A stretch of DNA of 64,000 nucleotides from Candidatus Bacteroides pullicola (GCA_019115825.1 DXCV01000036.1:20538-84537); one strand, 5' to 3'; counted from the first letter of the stretch, positions 10,213 to 23,850 are shown. Made by a program: numbers and translations. The notes: a model not told the origin generated them from the letters alone.

Positions 10213-10590
10213 ATGGCAGATTTGAAAGCTTTTGCAGAACAATTAGTTAACTTGACAGTTAAGGAAGTTAATGAACTTGCTACAATCTTGAAGGAAGAAT
10301 ATGGTATTGAACCTGCTGCTGCAGCTGTTGCAGTTGCTGCTGGTCCCGCTGCCGGTGGTGCCGCTGCTGCTGAAGAGAAGACTTCTTTCGATGTAGTTTT
10401 GAAGAGCGCTGGTGCAGCTAAACTTCAGGTCGTTAAGGCTGTGAAGGAAGCTTGCGGTCTTGGCTTGAAAGAGGCTAAGGATTTGGTAGACGGTGCTCCC
10501 AGCACTGTGAAGGAAGGTTTGGCTAAGGACGAAGCAGAATCATTGAAGAAAACACTGGAAGAAGCTGGAGCTGAAGTTGAACTTAAATAA
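10213..10590 (+). CDS. rplL: 50S ribosomal protein L7/L12
   Basis: Ala-rich hinge, [12 protein letters not shown]. Confidence 0.99.
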   Translation: MADLKAFAEQLVNLTVKEVNELATILKEEYGIEPAAAAVAVAAGPAAGGAAAAEEKTSFDVVLKSAGAAKLQVVKAVKEACGLGLKEAKDLVDGAPSTVKEGLAKDEAESLKKTLEEAGAEVELK

Positions 10591-10615
10591 CATTTGCCTG
10601 TAAATCAGGTCAGTC

Positions 10616-10654
10616 GGTTAGGAACCCTTGGCTTAAAGGGTTCTTAACCTTTTT
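10616..10654 (+). terminator. Terminator/attenuator between rplL and rpoB
   Basis: GGTTAGGAACCCTT...AAGGGTTCTTAACC followed by TTTTT. Confidence 0.75.
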
Positions 10655-10696
10655 GTGCTTATAGTTAAAATTCACTTCTACAAATCCATTTCCCAG

Positions 10697-13600
10697 ATGT
10701 CTTCAACTATTGTAAATCAAAGAGTTAATTTCGCTTCCACGAAAAACCCGCTTACTTATCCGGATTTCCTGGAAGTACAATTGAAGTCATTCAAAGACTT
10801 TCTACAACTGGATACTCCGCCCGAGAAACGTAAGAACGAGGGATTGTATAAAGTATTTGCTGAGAACTTCCCCATAGCCGATACAAGAAATAATTTTGTC
10901 CTTGAATTTTTGGACTATTATATTGATCCGCCGCGTTATAGCATCGATGAATGTATAGAGCGGGGGCTCACTTACAGTGTTCCTTTGAAGGCCAAATTGA
11001 AATTGTATTGTACCGACCCTGATCACGAGGATTTCGATACGGTGATTCAGGATGTGTTCTTGGGGCCTATCCCGTATATGACGGAGAAAGCCACATTTGT
11101 GATTAATGGAGCAGAGCGCGTAGTCGTTTCACAGTTGCACCGTTCTCCGGGCGTCTTCTTCGGTCAGAGCGTGCACGCCAATGGTACCAAGTTGTATTCT
11201 GCTCGTATCATTCCTTTCAAGGGATCTTGGATTGAATTTGCCACGGACATCAACAATGTGATGTATGCTTATATCGACCGTAAAAAGAAATTGCCGGTTA
11301 CTACATTGTTGAGAGCCATCGGATTTGAAAACGACAAGGACATTCTTGAGATATTCAATCTGGCCGAGGAGGTGAAAGTCAACAAGACTAATCTGAAGAA
11401 GGTGGTTGGTCGTAAATTGGCAGCCCGCGTCTTGAAGACATGGATTGAGGATTTTGTGGATGAAGATACCGGTGAAGTTGTTTCCATTGAGCGTAATGAG
11501 GTCGTGATTGACCGTGAAACAGTTATCGAGCCGGAACACGTTGATATCATACTTGAATCGGGTGTTCAGAATATTCTGGTTCACAAGGAAGAGCAGAACC
11601 AGTCTGATTATTCGATTATCTATAATACGTTGCAGAAAGACCCGAGTAACTCGGAGAAGGAGGCAGTGCTGTATATCTATCGCCAGTTGCGTAATGCAGA
11701 CCCTGCTGATGATGCGAGTGCCCGTGAGGTTATTAATAATTTGTTCTTCTCTGAAAAGAGATATGATTTGGGCGATGTAGGCCGTTACAGAATCAACAAG
11801 AAGTTGAATCTGACGACAGACATGAGTGTCCGCGTGCTTACGAAGGAAGATATCATTGAGATTATCAAGTATTTGATTGAACTTATCAACTCCAAGGCAG
11901 TTGTCGATGATATTGACCACTTGAGCAACCGTCGTGTGCGCACGGTGGGCGAGCAGTTGTCCAATCAGTTCGCCATTGGTTTGGCACGTATGTCGCGTAC
12001 TATCCGTGAGCGTATGAATGTCCGCGACAATGAGGTGTTCACGCCGATTGATTTGATTAATGCCAAGACGATTTCGTCTGTCATCAATTCTTTCTTCGGC
12101 ACGAATGCTTTGTCCCAGTTCATGGACCAGACCAACCCTTTGGCGGAAATCACGCACAAACGCCGTATGTCTGCACTGGGTCCTGGCGGTTTGTCGCGCG
12201 ATCGTGCAGGTTTCGAGGTGCGAGACGTACACTATACCCACTATGGCCGCTTGTGCCCGATTGAAACGCCTGAAGGTCCTAACATTGGTCTGATTTCTTC
12301 GCTTTGCGTTTATGCGAAGATCAACGATTTGGGCTTTATCGAAACCCCCTATCGCACGGTGGCAGACGGCAAGGTGGACTTGTCCGAAAATGGCCTTGTC
12401 TATCTGACAGCTGAGGAAGAAGAAGGTAAGATCATTGCCCAGGGCAATGCTCCGTTGAATGATGACGGTACCTTTATCCGCGATAAGGTGAAGTCGCGTC
12501 AGGATGCGGATTATCCTGTGGTTCCTCCTTCAGAAGTGGAACTGATGGATGTTTCGCCCCAGCAAATTGCTTCTATTGCGGCTTCTTTGATTCCGTTCTT
12601 GGAGCATGATGACGCCAACCGCGCTTTGATGGGATCGAACATGATGCGCCAGGCTGTTCCTTTGTTGCGTACCGAGGCTCCTATCGTGGGCACGGGCATC
12701 GAGCGTCAGTTGGCCCGCGATTCGCGCACACAGATTACGGCTGAAGGCGACGGTGTGATTGACTTTGTGGATGCCACGACTATTCGCATTTTGTATGACC
12801 GTACGGAGGACGAAGAATTTGTCAGCTTCGAGCCTGCGTTGAAGGAATACAGAATTCCGAAGTGGCGTCGCACGAACCAGAATATGACGATTGACCTGCG
12901 TCCGATTTGCAACAAGGGTCAGCGTGTGACCAAGGGCCAGATCTTGACTGAGGGCTATTCTACGCAGGATGGTGAATTGGCGCTGGGTAAGAACCTTCTG
13001 GTTGCTTATATGCCGTGGAAGGGATATAACTACGAGGATGCCATTGTGCTGAACGAAAGGGTAGTTCGAGAGGACTTGCTGACGTCTGTTCATGTGGAGG
13101 AGTTTTCGCTGGAGGTTCGCGAAACCAAGCGTGGTATGGAAGAATTGACCTCTGATATCCCCAATGTCAGTGAAGAGGCAACCAAGGATCTGGACGACAA
13201 TGGTATTGTCCGTATCGGTGCGCGCATCGAACCGGGCGACATCCTTATAGGTAAGATTACGCCCAAGGGTGAGTCCGATCCGTCGCCGGAGGAGAAACTG
13301 CTCCGTGCCATTTTCGGTGACAAGGCTGGTGATGTGAAGGATGCTTCGTTGAAGGCTTCTCCCTCGTTGAAGGGCGTGGTTATCGGCAAGCGTTTGTTCT
13401 CGCGCGTTATTAAGACGCGTAGCTCCAAAGCTGCGGATAAGGCTCTGTTGCAACAGATTGATGATGAATTTGATGCAAAGGGAGCTGCACTGCGCAAGGT
13501 CCTGGTTAATAAGTTGCTGAAACTGACGGAGAACTACACTTCGGAAGGGGTCAAGGACTATATGGGTACCGATGTCATTGCCAAGGGAGCCAGATTTGCT

Positions 13601-14509
13601 GCCTCGGACTTCAGCGATTTGGATTTCACCGCCATTCAGTTGAGCGGCTGGACTAAAGATGAGCATACCAATGGCCTGATTCGTGCTTTGGTGATGAACT
13701 TCATCAAGAAGTATAAGGAATTGGATGCCGAGCTGAAGCGCAAGAAGTTTGCTATCACGATTGGTGACGAACTGCCTGCAGGTATCATCCAGATGGCCAA
13801 GGTTTACATAGCCAAGAAGCGTAAGATTGGCGTCGGCGACAAGATGGCCGGTCGTCACGGAAACAAAGGTATTGTGTCCCGCATCGTCCGTCAGGAGGAT
13901 ATGCCATTCTTGGCAGATGGTACGCCGGTTGACATCGTGCTGAACCCGTTGGGTGTGCCTTCGCGTATGAATATCGGTCAGATTTTCGAGGCCGTTTTGG
14001 GTAGCGCAGGTAAGAAGTTGGGCGTTAAATTTGCCACTCCTATTTTCGATGGTGCCACGTTGGACGATTTGAATGAGTGGACAGACAAAGCCGGTTTGCC
14101 CCGCTATGGTAAGACTACCCTGTATGATGGCGGAACAGGCGAGGCTTTCGAGCAGCAAGCTACGGTGGGTGTAACTTATATGTTGAAGTTGGGCCATATG
14201 GTTGAAGACAAAATGCACGCCCGTTCTATCGGCCCGTATTCTTTGATTACGCAACAACCTTTGGGTGGTAAGGCTCAGTTCGGTGGCCAGCGTTTCGGAG
14301 AAATGGAGGTTTGGGCGTTGGAAGCCTTTGGCGCTGCGCATGTGCTGCAAGAAATCCTGACGATTAAGTCGGATGATGTTGTCGGACGTTCCAAGGCTTA
14401 TGAAGCAATCGTGAAGGGAGAACCGATGCCTACGCCGGGCATTCCGGAATCCTTGAACGTGTTGTTGCATGAGTTGCAAGGTTTGTGCTTGAGCATTAAC
14501 TTGGAATGA
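10697..14509 (+). CDS. rpoB: RNA polymerase beta subunit
   Basis: [31 protein letters not shown]; start at MSSTIV. Confidence 0.99.
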   Translation: MSSTIVNQRVNFASTKNPLTYPDFLEVQLKSFKDFLQLDTPPEKRKNEGLYKVFAENFPIADTRNNFVLEFLDYYIDPPRYSIDECIERGLTYSVPLKAKLKLYCTDPDHEDFDTVIQDVFLGPIPYMTEKATFVINGAERVVVSQLHRSPGVFFGQSVHANGTKLYSARIIPFKGSWIEFATDINNVMYAYIDRKKKLPVTTLLRAIGFENDKDILEIFNLAEEVKVNKTNLKKVVGRKLAARVLKTWIEDFVDEDTGEVVSIERNEVVIDRETVIEPEHVDIILESGVQNILVHKEEQNQSDYSIIYNTLQKDPSNSEKEAVLYIYRQLRNADPADDASAREVINNLFFSEKRYDLGDVGRYRINKKLNLTTDMSVRVLTKEDIIEIIKYLIELINSKAVVDDIDHLSNRRVRTVGEQLSNQFAIGLARMSRTIRERMNVRDNEVFTPIDLINAKTISSVINSFFGTNALSQFMDQTNPLAEITHKRRMSALGPGGLSRDRAGFEVRDVHYTHYGRLCPIETPEGPNIGLISSLCVYAKINDLGFIETPYRTVADGKVDLSENGLVYLTAEEEEGKIIAQGNAPLNDDGTFIRDKVKSRQDADYPVVPPSEVELMDVSPQQIASIAASLIPFLEHDDANRALMGSNMMRQAVPLLRTEAPIVGTGIERQLARDSRTQITAEGDGVIDFVDATTIRILYDRTEDEEFVSFEPALKEYRIPKWRRTNQNMTIDLRPICNKGQRVTKGQILTEGYSTQDGELALGKNLLVAYMPWKGYNYEDAIVLNERVVREDLLTSVHVEEFSLEVRETKRGMEELTSDIPNVSEEATKDLDDNGIVRIGARIEPGDILIGKITPKGESDPSPEEKLLRAIFGDKAGDVKDASLKASPSLKGVVIGKRLFSRVIKTRSSKAADKALLQQIDDEFDAKGAALRKVLVNKLLKLTENYTSEGVKDYMGTDVIAKGARFAASDFSDLDFTAIQLSGWTKDEHTNGLIRALVMNFIKKYKELDAELKRKKFAITIGDELPAGIIQMAKVYIAKKRKIGVGDKMAGRHGNKGIVSRIVRQEDMPFLADGTPVDIVLNPLGVPSRMNIGQIFEAVLGSAGKKLGVKFATPIFDGATLDDLNEWTDKAGLPRYGKTTLYDGGTGEAFEQQATVGVTYMLKLGHMVEDKMHARSIGPYSLITQQPLGGKAQFGGQRFGEMEVWALEAFGAAHVLQEILTIKSDDVVGRSKAYEAIVKGEPMPTPGIPESLNVLLHELQGLCLSINLE

Positions 14510-14562
14510 CAAGCTGTTGAGAAATACCCTTATTCAATCGACAATTTTCAATTTATATAAAT

Positions 14563-17500
14563 ATGGCTTTTAGAAAAGATAACAAGATAAAGAGTAATTT
14601 CTCGAAGATATCCATCGGTTTGGCTTCTCCTGAAGAAATCCTGGAAAATTCGAGCGGTGAAGTATTAAAGCCTGAAACCATAAACTATCGCACGTATAAG
14701 CCGGAGCGTGACGGCTTGTTCTGCGAACGCATCTTCGGCCCGGTCAAGGATTACGAATGTCATTGCGGAAAGTATAAGCGCATCCGTTATAAGGGCATCG
14801 TCTGCGACCGTTGCGGCGTGGAGGTGACAGAGAAGAAAGTGCGCCGTGAGCGCATGGGCCATATCCAATTGGTGGTGCCTGTGGCTCATATCTGGTACTT
14901 CCGTTCATTGCCCAACAAGATTGGTTATTTGTTGGGATTGCCGACGAAGAAGTTGGATGCTATCATTTATTATGAGCGCTATGTGGTCATTCAGCCTGGT
15001 GTGCTGGGTGATGAAGTAGCCAAATATGATTTGCTGGAGGAAACCGAATATTTGGATTTGCTGGACAAGCTCCCGAAGGATAACCAATTCCTGGAAGACA
15101 GCGACCCCAACAAGTTCATTGCAAAGATGGGTGCGGAAGCCATCTATGACCTGTTGTCCACATTGGATTTGGACGCTTTGTCCTACGAATTGCGCCATCG
15201 TGCGGGCAGCGATGCTTCGCAACAGCGTAAGAACGAGGCTTTGAAGCGTCTGCAGGTAGTTGAATCTTTCCGCGCTTCGCGTGGCCGCAACAAACCCGAG
15301 TGGATGATTGTGCGCATTGTGCCTGTCATTCCGCCTGAGCTGCGTCCGCTGGTGCCGCTGGATGGTGGCCGTTTCGCTACTTCTGACTTGAACGACCTTT
15401 ACCGTCGCGTCATCATCCGCAACAACCGTCTGAAGCGTTTGATTGAGATCAAGGCTCCCGAAGTCATTCTGCGTAATGAAAAGCGTATGTTGCAGGAGGC
15501 CGTGGATTCGTTGTTCGACAATTCGCGCAAATCCAGTGCGGTGAAAACGGACGCCAACCGTCCGTTGAAGTCTCTCTCAGACAGCTTGAAAGGTAAGCAA
15601 GGCCGTTTCCGTCAGAACCTGTTGGGTAAGCGTGTGGACTATTCAGCCCGTTCTGTTATTGTGGTAGGTCCTGAGTTGCGCATGGGCGAGTGCGGTATCC
15701 CCAAGTTGATGGCTGCTGAACTTTACAAACCGTTCATTATCCGCAAACTCATCGAGCGCGGTATTGTGAAGACGGTGAAGAGCGCCAAGAAGATTGTAGA
15801 CCGTAAGGAACCCGTTATTTGGGACATCCTGGAGCACGTGATGAAAGGCCATCCGGTGCTTTTGAACCGTGCCCCGACGTTGCACCGTTTGGGTATCCAG
15901 GCTTTCCAGCCCAAGATGATTGAGGGTAAGGCAATCCAGTTGCATCCGTTGGCATGTACGGCATTTAATGCTGACTTCGACGGTGACCAGATGGCCGTTC
16001 ACCTGCCTTTGAGCAATGAGGCTATTCTTGAGGCACAGATGCTGATGCTCCAATCCCATAACATCTTGAACCCTGCCAATGGTGCACCTATTACCGTGCC
16101 TGCACAGGACATGGTGCTTGGTCTGTATTACATCACCAAGCTGCGCAAAGGTGCCAAAGGTGAAGGTCTGACATTCTATGGTCCAGAAGAAGCTTTGATT
16201 GCTTACAATGAGGGCAAGTGTGACATTCATGCCCCGGTAAGCGTCTTGGTGAACGATGTGGACGAGCAAGGCAATATCGTTAAGAAGATGATGCACGACA
16301 CTTCGGTGGGACGTGTGATTGTGAATGAGATTGTTCCGGATAAGGCCGGATATATCAATACCATTATCTCTAAGAAGTCCTTGCGCGACATCATCAGCCA
16401 CGTTATCAAGGTGTGCGGTGTGTCCGAGGCAGCAGACTTCCTGGATGGGTATCAAGAACTTGGGTTACTACATGGCCTTCAAGGGTGGTTTGTCCTTTAA
16501 CTTGGGTGATATTATTATCCCGAAAGAGAAGGAGGCCTTGGTACAGAAGGGTTATGATGAGGTCGAGCAGGTTATCAACAACTATAATATGGGCTTCATT
16601 ACTAACAATGAACGTTATAACCAGGTGATTGATATTTGGACACACGTCAACTCCGAGTTGTCTAATATCTTGATGAAGACCATCTCCAGCGATGACCAAG
16701 GATTCAACTCTGTGTATATGATGTTGGATTCTGGTGCCCGTGGTTCTAAAGAGCAGATCCGTCAGTTGTCCGGTATGCGTGGTTTGATGGCCAAACCGCA
16801 GAAGGCCGGTGCAGAGGGCGGTCAGATTATTGAAAACCCGATTCTGTCGAACTTTAAGGAGGGTTTGTCCGTGTTGGAATACTTCATTTCTACTCACGGT
16901 GCCCGTAAGGGTCTTGCTGATACCGCCTTGAAGACGGCCGACGCCGGATACCTGACTCGTCGTTTGGTGGACGTGTCGCACGACGTGATTGTCAACGAAG
17001 AAGATTGCGGCACGCTTCGCGGACTGGTGTGCACGGCTTTGAAGAACAATGACGAGGTCATTGCGACGCTTTACGAACGTATTCTGGGTCGTGTATCTGT
17101 GCATGATATCGTACATCCGACTACCGGCGAGTTAATTGTGGCCGGCGGTGAGGAAATTACGGAAGAAATCGCCCAAAAGATTGAGGACTCTCCGATCGAA
17201 AGCGTCGAAATCCGTTCGGTATTGACCTGTGAATCGAAGAAAGGCGTTTGCGCCAAATGCTATGGCCGCAACTTGGCTACTAGCCGTATGGTTCAGAAAG
17301 GTGAGGCTGTTGGCGTTATTGCCGCCCAGTCCATTGGTGAACCGGGTACTCAGTTGACGTTGCGTACTTTCCACGCCGGTGGTACGGCTGCCAATATCGC
17401 GGCCAACGCCAGCATCGTGGCCAAGAATAATGCCCGTCTGGAGTTTGAAGAACTCCGTACGGTGGATGTGGTGGATGAAGCCGGTGAAGCCGCCAAGGTG

Positions 17501-18865
17501 GTTGTCGGTCGTTTGGCCGAACTGCGTTTTGTGGATGTAAACACGGACATCGTACTGTCCACGCACAACGTGCCTTACGGTTCTACCCTGTATGCTGCTG
17601 ATGGTGAGGTGGTTGAGAAGGGTAAACTGATAGCCCGTTGGGATCCCTTCAACGCGGTCATCATTACCGAAGCTACGGGTAAGATAGAGTTTGAAGATGT
17701 AATAGAGAATGTCACTTATAAGGTTGAATCCGATGAATCCACCGGTTTGCGTGAAATCATCATTATCGAATCCAAGGACAAGACCAAGGTGCCTACTGCA
17801 CATATCATGACTGAGGACGGTGAATTGATCCGTACGTACAACCTGCCGGTGGGCGGCCACGTTGTGGTGGAAGATAACCAGAAGGTGAAAGCCGGTGATG
17901 TCATCGTGAAGATTCCGCGTGCTGTAGGTAAGGCGGGCGATATCACGGGTGGTCTGCCGCGTGTCACAGAGTTGTTCGAGGCTCGTAACCCGTCCAATCC
18001 TGCCGTTGTTTCCGAAATCGATGGTGAAGTTACGATGGGTAAGGTTAAACGCGGTAACCGTGAAATCATTGTGACCTCCAAAGGTGGTGACGTGAAGAAG
18101 TACCTCGTGCCCCTGTCCAAGCAAATCCTGGTGCAGGAGAACGACTATGTGCGTGCCGGTACACCGTTGTCCGACGGCGCCATCACGCCTGCCGACATCT
18201 TGGCCATCAAAGGCCCCACGGCGGTGCAGGAATACATCGTGAACGAAGTACAAGACGTTTATCGCCTGCAAGGTGTGAAAATCAACGACAAGCACTTTGA
18301 GATTATCGTTCGCCAGATGATGCGTAAGGTCGAAATTAATGAACCGGGCGACACCCGCTTTCTGGAGCAACAGGTGGTGGACAAGCAGGAGTTCATGGAA
18401 GAGAATGACCGCATCTGGGGTAAGAAGGTTGTGGTGGATGCTGGAGATTCGCAGAACCTGCAGCCGGGACAGATTGTTACGGCGCGCAAGCTGCGTGACG
18501 AGAACTCCATGCTGAAGCGTCGTGACTTGAAGCCTGTAGAAGTGCGCGATGCCGTGCCTGCTACGTCTACCCAAATCTTGCAAGGTATCACTCGTGCTGC
18601 CTTGCAGACTTCCAGCTTCATGTCGGCTGCATCCTTCCAGGAAACGACGAAGGTGCTGAACGAAGCCGCCATCAACGGCAAGGTAGACAAGTTGGAAGGC
18701 ATGAAGGAGAATGTTATCTGTGGGCACTTGATACCTGCCGGTACTGGCCAGCGCGAATTCGACAAGCTCATTGTTGGTTCCAAAGAAGAATACGACCGTA
18801 TGCTTGCCAATAAGAAGACCGTGTTGGACTATGCTATGGCCGATGATGAGAAGGAAGAAGAGTAA
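14563..18865 (+). CDS. rpoC: RNA polymerase beta' subunit, split into two frames by one extra G at 16447-16449
   Basis: Zn finger and NADFDGD in ORF 14563-16500; remainder in ORF ending 18865; removing one G gives ...[17 protein letters not shown]... and a 1433-aa protein. Confidence 0.97.
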
Positions 18866-18922
18866 AGTCTTTGCATGACACATAGCTGGGGCAGGCGAGG
18901 AGCCTGCTCCGGATGGGTATGA

Positions 18923-18988
18923 ATCGGGTGAGGAAAAGGGATGTATGTTGTATTTTCATACGTTTCCTTATTTCCTCATCCGATTTTT
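18923..18988 (+). terminator. rpoBC terminator
   Basis: Long stem ATCGGGTGAGGAAA...TTTCCTCATCCGAT followed by a T-run. Confidence 0.7.
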
Positions 18989-19141
18989 ATATCCCTTTTT
19001 ATGTTTGTCCTCGCTGAGAACTGTGCCCATATTTGCAGAGCCAGCTCTGAATCTGGAAAAAAATTGGGTGGTTTGTTTTTCGGATTAACTTTGAAATTTC
19101 TATCTTTGCCTACACATTATTATATTTATTATACATTTAGA

Positions 19142-19459
19142 ATGATGGATATGGAAAAGAAAAACGGTGGCAACGGGGAGTTGCAGATAGAATTGAAAGA
19201 AGAAGTAGGTTTGGGTACGTATGCCAATTTGGCGGTCATCACCCATTCCAGCTCAGAGTTTGTACTTGATTTTGTGAGCGTGCTGCCCGGCATACCCAAG
19301 GCGCCTGTTCAGTCGCGTATAATTTTGGCTCCTGAGCACGCGAAGCGATTGCTGAATGCCCTTGAGGATAACATCAGCAAATACGAGCATGCGTTCGGTC
19401 CGATCTCTATGCCCGAAGAAAGAGCGTTGACTTTTCCGAATGTGGCTGGCGAAGCTTGA
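19142..19459 (+). CDS. DUF3467-like conserved protein
   Basis: GTYANLAVITHSSSEFVLDF...SRIILAPEHAKRLL; own TATCTTTG promoter at 19101. Confidence 0.8.
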   Translation: MMDMEKKNGGNGELQIELKEEVGLGTYANLAVITHSSSEFVLDFVSVLPGIPKAPVQSRIILAPEHAKRLLNALEDNISKYEHAFGPISMPEERALTFPNVAGEA

Positions 19460-19629
19460 GGAATTGATTTTTCCGCATTAATCTGCCGGCTTTGGAGGAA
19501 ACCACGTAACTTCTTCAAAAAAAACATTGTAGCGCATTGATTATTCAAAACTTATTCGTAACTTTGCAGCCCGAAAAACTGTATTGTTTGGAAATAATAT
19601 AAATTAATATATAACTAAAAACAAGTAAA

Positions 19630-20031
19630 ATGCCTACAATTCAGCAATTAGTAAGAAAAGGGCGCCAGGTGCTGGTGGACAAGAGTAAGTCTCCGGCTTT
19701 GGATTCATGCCCTCAAAGACGCGGCGTTTGCGTGAGAGTGTACACAACCACTCCGAAAAAACCTAATTCGGCTATGCGTAAAGTAGCCCGTGTTCGTTTG
19801 ACAAACGGTAAAGAGGTGAACTCTTATATTCCGGGTGAAGGTCACAACCTGCAGGAGCACTCCATCGTACTGGTGCGCGGTGGTCGTGTGAAGGACCTGC
19901 CGGGTGTGCGCTATCACATCGTGCGCGGTACATTGGATACTGCCGGTGTGGCTGGTCGCACGCAAAGACGTTCCAAGTATGGTGCTAAGCGCCCGAAGCC
20001 GGGTCAGGCAGCTCCCGCTAAGAAGAAATAA
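19630..20031 (+). CDS. rpsL: 30S ribosomal protein S12
   Basis: [20 protein letters not shown]. Confidence 0.99.
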   Translation: MPTIQQLVRKGRQVLVDKSKSPALDSCPQRRGVCVRVYTTTPKKPNSAMRKVARVRLTNGKEVNSYIPGEGHNLQEHSIVLVRGGRVKDLPGVRYHIVRGTLDTAGVAGRTQRRSKYGAKRPKPGQAAPAKKK

Positions 20032-20157
20032 TCCATAGTAGTGAATTAATAACGTTTAGTTCGCTTGGAGATGCTAATGGTTGAGTAAATTTCCCGGTGG
20101 GGACGTTGAAGAAACAAGAGGTAGACAACCAAGAACGAAACATTATCTTTAAAAGAA

Positions 20158-20634
20158 ATGAGAAAAGCAAAACCCAAAAAACGCGTTATCCTGCCGGATC
20201 CCGTGTTCAATGATGTGAAGGTTTCCAAATTTGTGAACCACTTGATGTATGATGGCAAGAAGAATACTTCGTATGAAATCTTCTATGCCGCTTTGGAGAC
20301 AGTTAAGAACAAAATGCAGAACGAAGAGAAGAGCGCTCTCGAGATTTGGAAGAAAGCCTTGGATAATGTGACTCCCCAAGTGGAGGTGAAGTCCCGCCGT
20401 GTAGGTGGCGCTACATTCCAGGTTCCGACCGAGATCCGTCCTGAACGTAAGGAGTCTGTTTCTATGAAGAATCTGATCAACTTCGCCCGTAAGCGTGGCG
20501 GCAAGTCGATGGCTGACAAGTTGGCAGCAGAAATCATGGATGCCTACAATGAGCAGGGCGGTGCTTTCAAGCGTAAGGAGGATATGCACAGAATGGCTGA
20601 GGCCAACCGTGCTTTCGCTCATTTCCGTTTCTGA
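20158..20634 (+). CDS. rpsG: 30S ribosomal protein S7
   Basis: [22 protein letters not shown]. Confidence 0.99.
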   Translation: MRKAKPKKRVILPDPVFNDVKVSKFVNHLMYDGKKNTSYEIFYAALETVKNKMQNEEKSALEIWKKALDNVTPQVEVKSRRVGGATFQVPTEIRPERKESVSMKNLINFARKRGGKSMADKLAAEIMDAYNEQGGAFKRKEDMHRMAEANRAFAHFRF

Positions 20635-20697
20635 TGATTTGTGGAATATTACGTCTTGAGGTATTGAAGAAACTTATTTTAAGAAAAAGGAAAATCA

Positions 20698-22815
20698 ATG
20701 GCAAAGCGAGATTTACATTTGACGCGTAATATCGGTATCATGGCTCATATCGATGCCGGTAAGACTACAACTTCTGAACGTATCCTGTTCTATACGGGCT
20801 TGACGCACAAAATTGGCGAGGTTCATGACGGTGCTGCCACAATGGACTGGATGGAGCAGGAGCAGGAGCGTGGTATCACCATCACTTCTGCTGCTACCAC
20901 GACTTACTGGAACTATGCAGGTGATAAGTATAAAATTAACTTGATTGACACTCCGGGACACGTGGACTTCACGGCCGAGGTGGAGCGTTCCTTGCGTGTG
21001 TTGGACGGTGCCGTGGCCACATATTGTGCAGTAGGCGGCGTTGAGCCTCAGTCTGAGACTGTATGGCGTCAGGCAGACAAGTATAACGTGCCCCGTATCG
21101 GTTATGTGAACAAGATGGACCGTTCCGGTGCAGATTTCTTTGAAGTAGTTCGCCAGATGCGCGAAATCCTGGGTGCTAACCCCTGTCCGGTGGTGATCCC
21201 CATTGGTGCAGAAGAGAACTTCAAGGGTGTAGTTGACTTGATCAAGATGAAGGCTATCCTGTGGCACGATGAGACTATGGGTGCTGATTATGACGTTGAG
21301 GAGATTCCCGCTAACTTGAAAGACGAGGCTGATGAGTGGAGAGGCAAGATGTTGGAAACGGTTGCCGAGTATGATGATGCCTTGATGGAGAAATACTTCG
21401 ACGATCCCGCTACCATCACAGAAGAGGAAATCCTTCGTGCTCTGCGTGCAGCCACGCTGAAGATGGATATTGTGCCTATGCTCTGTGGCTCTTCGTTTAA
21501 GAACAAGGGCGTTCAGACGCTGCTGGATTATGTTTGTGCTTTCTTGCCTTCGCCGTTGGATACGCCGAACATTGTAGGTACTAATCCTTCTACCGGCCAG
21601 GAAGAAGACCGTAAGCCCGATGAGGATGAGAAGACTTCTGCTTTGGCTTTCAAGATTGCTACTGACCCCTATGTGGGCCGCTTGACTTTCTTCCGTGTGT
21701 ATTCCGGTAAGGTGGAGGCTGGTTCCTACATCTACAATAGCCGTTCTGGTAAGAAGGAGCGCGTTTCTCGCTTGTTCCAGATGCACTCTAACAAGCAGAA
21801 TCCCGTTGAGGTGATTTCTGCTGGTGATATAGGCGCTGGTGTTGGTTTCAAGGATATCCGCACGGGTGATACTCTCTGTGACGAGGATGCTCCGATTGTA
21901 TTGGAATCCATGGATTTCCCTGAACCCGTTATCGGTATTGCAGTTGAGCCCAAGACGCAGAAGGATATGGACAAGTTGTCCAATGGTCTTGCCAAGTTGG
22001 CTGAAGAAGACCCGACCTTTACCGTACGCACAGACGAGCAGACTGGTCAGACGGTTATCTCGGGTATGGGTGAGCTTCACTTGGATATTATCATTGACCG
22101 CTTGAAGCGTGAGTTCAAAGTAGAGTGTAACCAAGGTAAACCTCAAGTTAACTACAAGGAAGCTATCACGAAGACGGTCAACCTGCGCGAGGTTTATAAG
22201 AAACAGTCCGGTGGTCGTGGTAAGTTCGCTGACATCATCGTGAACGTAGGTCCGATTGATGAAGACTTCAAGGAAGGTGGCTTGCAGTTCATTAACGAAG
22301 TTACGGGCGGTAACATTCCTAAGGAATTTATTCCTTCTGTGCAGAAGGGCTTCCAGACTGCTATGAAGAATGGCGTTTTGGCTGGTTTCCCGATGGACAG
22401 CCTGAAGGTGACTTTGTTGGATGGCTCGTTCCACCCCGTAGACTCTGACCAGCTTTCGTTCGAAATCTGTGCTATCCAGGCTTACAAGAACGCTTGCGCC
22501 AAGGCCGGTCCTGTATTGATGGAACCCATCATGAAGCTGGAAGTTGTTACTCCGGAAGAAAATATGGGTGACGTTATCGGTGACTTGAATAAGCGTCGCG
22601 GTCAGGTAGAAGGCATGGAGTCCAGCCGGTCTGGTGCCCGCATTGTGAAGGCTATGGTTCCGCTGGCAGAAATGTTCGGTTATGTGACTGCTTTGCGTAC
22701 CATCACTTCTGGTCGTGCCACTTCGTCTATGACGTATGACCACCATGCACAGGTATCCACTTCTATTGCCAAGTCGGTATTGGAAGAGGTGAAGGGCCGT
22801 GTGGATTTGCTCTAA
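20698..22815 (+). CDS. fusA: Elongation factor G
   Basis: [24 protein letters not shown]. Confidence 0.99.
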   Translation: MAKRDLHLTRNIGIMAHIDAGKTTTSERILFYTGLTHKIGEVHDGAATMDWMEQEQERGITITSAATTTYWNYAGDKYKINLIDTPGHVDFTAEVERSLRVLDGAVATYCAVGGVEPQSETVWRQADKYNVPRIGYVNKMDRSGADFFEVVRQMREILGANPCPVVIPIGAEENFKGVVDLIKMKAILWHDETMGADYDVEEIPANLKDEADEWRGKMLETVAEYDDALMEKYFDDPATITEEEILRALRAATLKMDIVPMLCGSSFKNKGVQTLLDYVCAFLPSPLDTPNIVGTNPSTGQEEDRKPDEDEKTSALAFKIATDPYVGRLTFFRVYSGKVEAGSYIYNSRSGKKERVSRLFQMHSNKQNPVEVISAGDIGAGVGFKDIRTGDTLCDEDAPIVLESMDFPEPVIGIAVEPKTQKDMDKLSNGLAKLAEEDPTFTVRTDEQTGQTVISGMGELHLDIIIDRLKREFKVECNQGKPQVNYKEAITKTVNLREVYKKQSGGRGKFADIIVNVGPIDEDFKEGGLQFINEVTGGNIPKEFIPSVQKGFQTAMKNGVLAGFPMDSLKVTLLDGSFHPVDSDQLSFEICAIQAYKNACAKAGPVLMEPIMKLEVVTPEENMGDVIGDLNKRRGQVEGMESSRSGARIVKAMVPLAEMFGYVTALRTITSGRATSSMTYDHHAQVSTSIAKSVLEEVKGRVDLL

Positions 22816-22900
22816 TAGAAAATAACCCGAGCCCGCAGGTTAGCGAATGACTCTTAACCTGCGGTGCTCAAATTATATTAATAGTTTAACTAAAACACTA

Positions 22901-23206
22901 ATGAGTCAAAAGATTAGAATCAAACTGAAATCTTACGACCACAACTTGGTTGACAAGTCGGCTGAGAAGATTGTAAGAACCGTGAAGACGACGGGAGCCA
23001 TCGTAAGCGGCCCGATTCCTCTTCCCACGCACAAACGTATTTTTACTGTAAACCGTTCGACTTTCGTAAATAAGAAGTCGCGTGAGCAATTCGAGCTCTC
23101 TTCGTATAAGAGACTGATTGACATCTACAGTTCTACGGCAAAGACCGTTGATGCGCTGATGAAGTTGGAGTTGCCGAGTGGTGTGGAAGTAGAAATCAAA
23201 GTGTAA
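22901..23206 (+). CDS. rpsJ: 30S ribosomal protein S10
   Basis: [20 protein letters not shown]. Confidence 0.99.
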   Translation: MSQKIRIKLKSYDHNLVDKSAEKIVRTVKTTGAIVSGPIPLPTHKRIFTVNRSTFVNKKSREQFELSSYKRLIDIYSSTAKTVDALMKLELPSGVEVEIKV

Positions 23207-23232
23207 GTTTAGTGATTTAAAATTTTAGTGAA

Positions 23233-23850
23233 ATGCCAGGATTATTAGGAAAGAAAATCGGAATGACATCCGTTTTCAGTGCCGAGGGCAAAAATGTGCC
23301 ATGCACTGTTATCGAAGCAGGTCCTTGTGTAGTTACTCAAGTGAAGACCGTGGAAAAGGACGGCTATGCAGCCGTACAGCTGGGCTTTCAAGACAAGAAA
23401 GAAAAGCATACTACGAAACCTTTGATGGGCCATTTCAAGAAGGCCGGAGTAACACCCAAGAAACACTTGGCTGAGTTCAAAGAGTTTGAAACGGAATTGA
23501 ATCTGGGAGATACCGTTACTGTGGAACTGTTCAACGATGCATCTTTCGTAGATGTGATTGGAACTTCCAAGGGTAAGGGCTTCCAAGGTGTAGTGAAAAG
23601 ACACGGTTTTGGTGGTGTAGGTCAGACTACTCACGGTCAGCACAACCGTGCGCGCAAGCCGGGTTCTATCGGCGCTTGTTCGTACCCCGCAAAGGTCTTT
23701 AAAGGCATGCGTATGGGTGGACAAATGGGTGGCAACAGAGTGACTGTTCAAAACCTGCAAGTATTAAAGGTAATCGCGGAGCATAATCTCCTTCTTATCA
23801 AGGGTTCTGTTCCTGGTTGCAAAGGTTCAATCGTAATAATTGAGAAATAA
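23233..23850 (+). CDS. rplC: 50S ribosomal protein L3
   Basis: [15 protein letters not shown]. Confidence 0.99.
   Translation: MPGLLGKKIGMTSVFSAEGKNVPCTVIEAGPCVVTQVKTVEKDGYAAVQLGFQDKKEKHTTKPLMGHFKKAGVTPKKHLAEFKEFETELNLGDTVTVELFNDASFVDVIGTSKGKGFQGVVKRHGFGGVGQTTHGQHNRARKPGSIGACSYPAKVFKGMRMGGQMGGNRVTVQNLQVLKVIAEHNLLLIKGSVPGCKGSIVIIEK

Noticed and set aside
12110-19930. Rifampicin (rpoB) or streptomycin (rpsL) resistance substitutions
   Set aside because: Key residues look wild type ([16 protein letters not shown]; PKKPNS; RVKDLP)
6276-22746. Long antisense ORFs opposite tuf, rpoB, rpoC and fusA (up to 677 aa)
   Set aside because: Shadow frames produced by codon bias of the sense genes; no recognisable motifs or initiation signals
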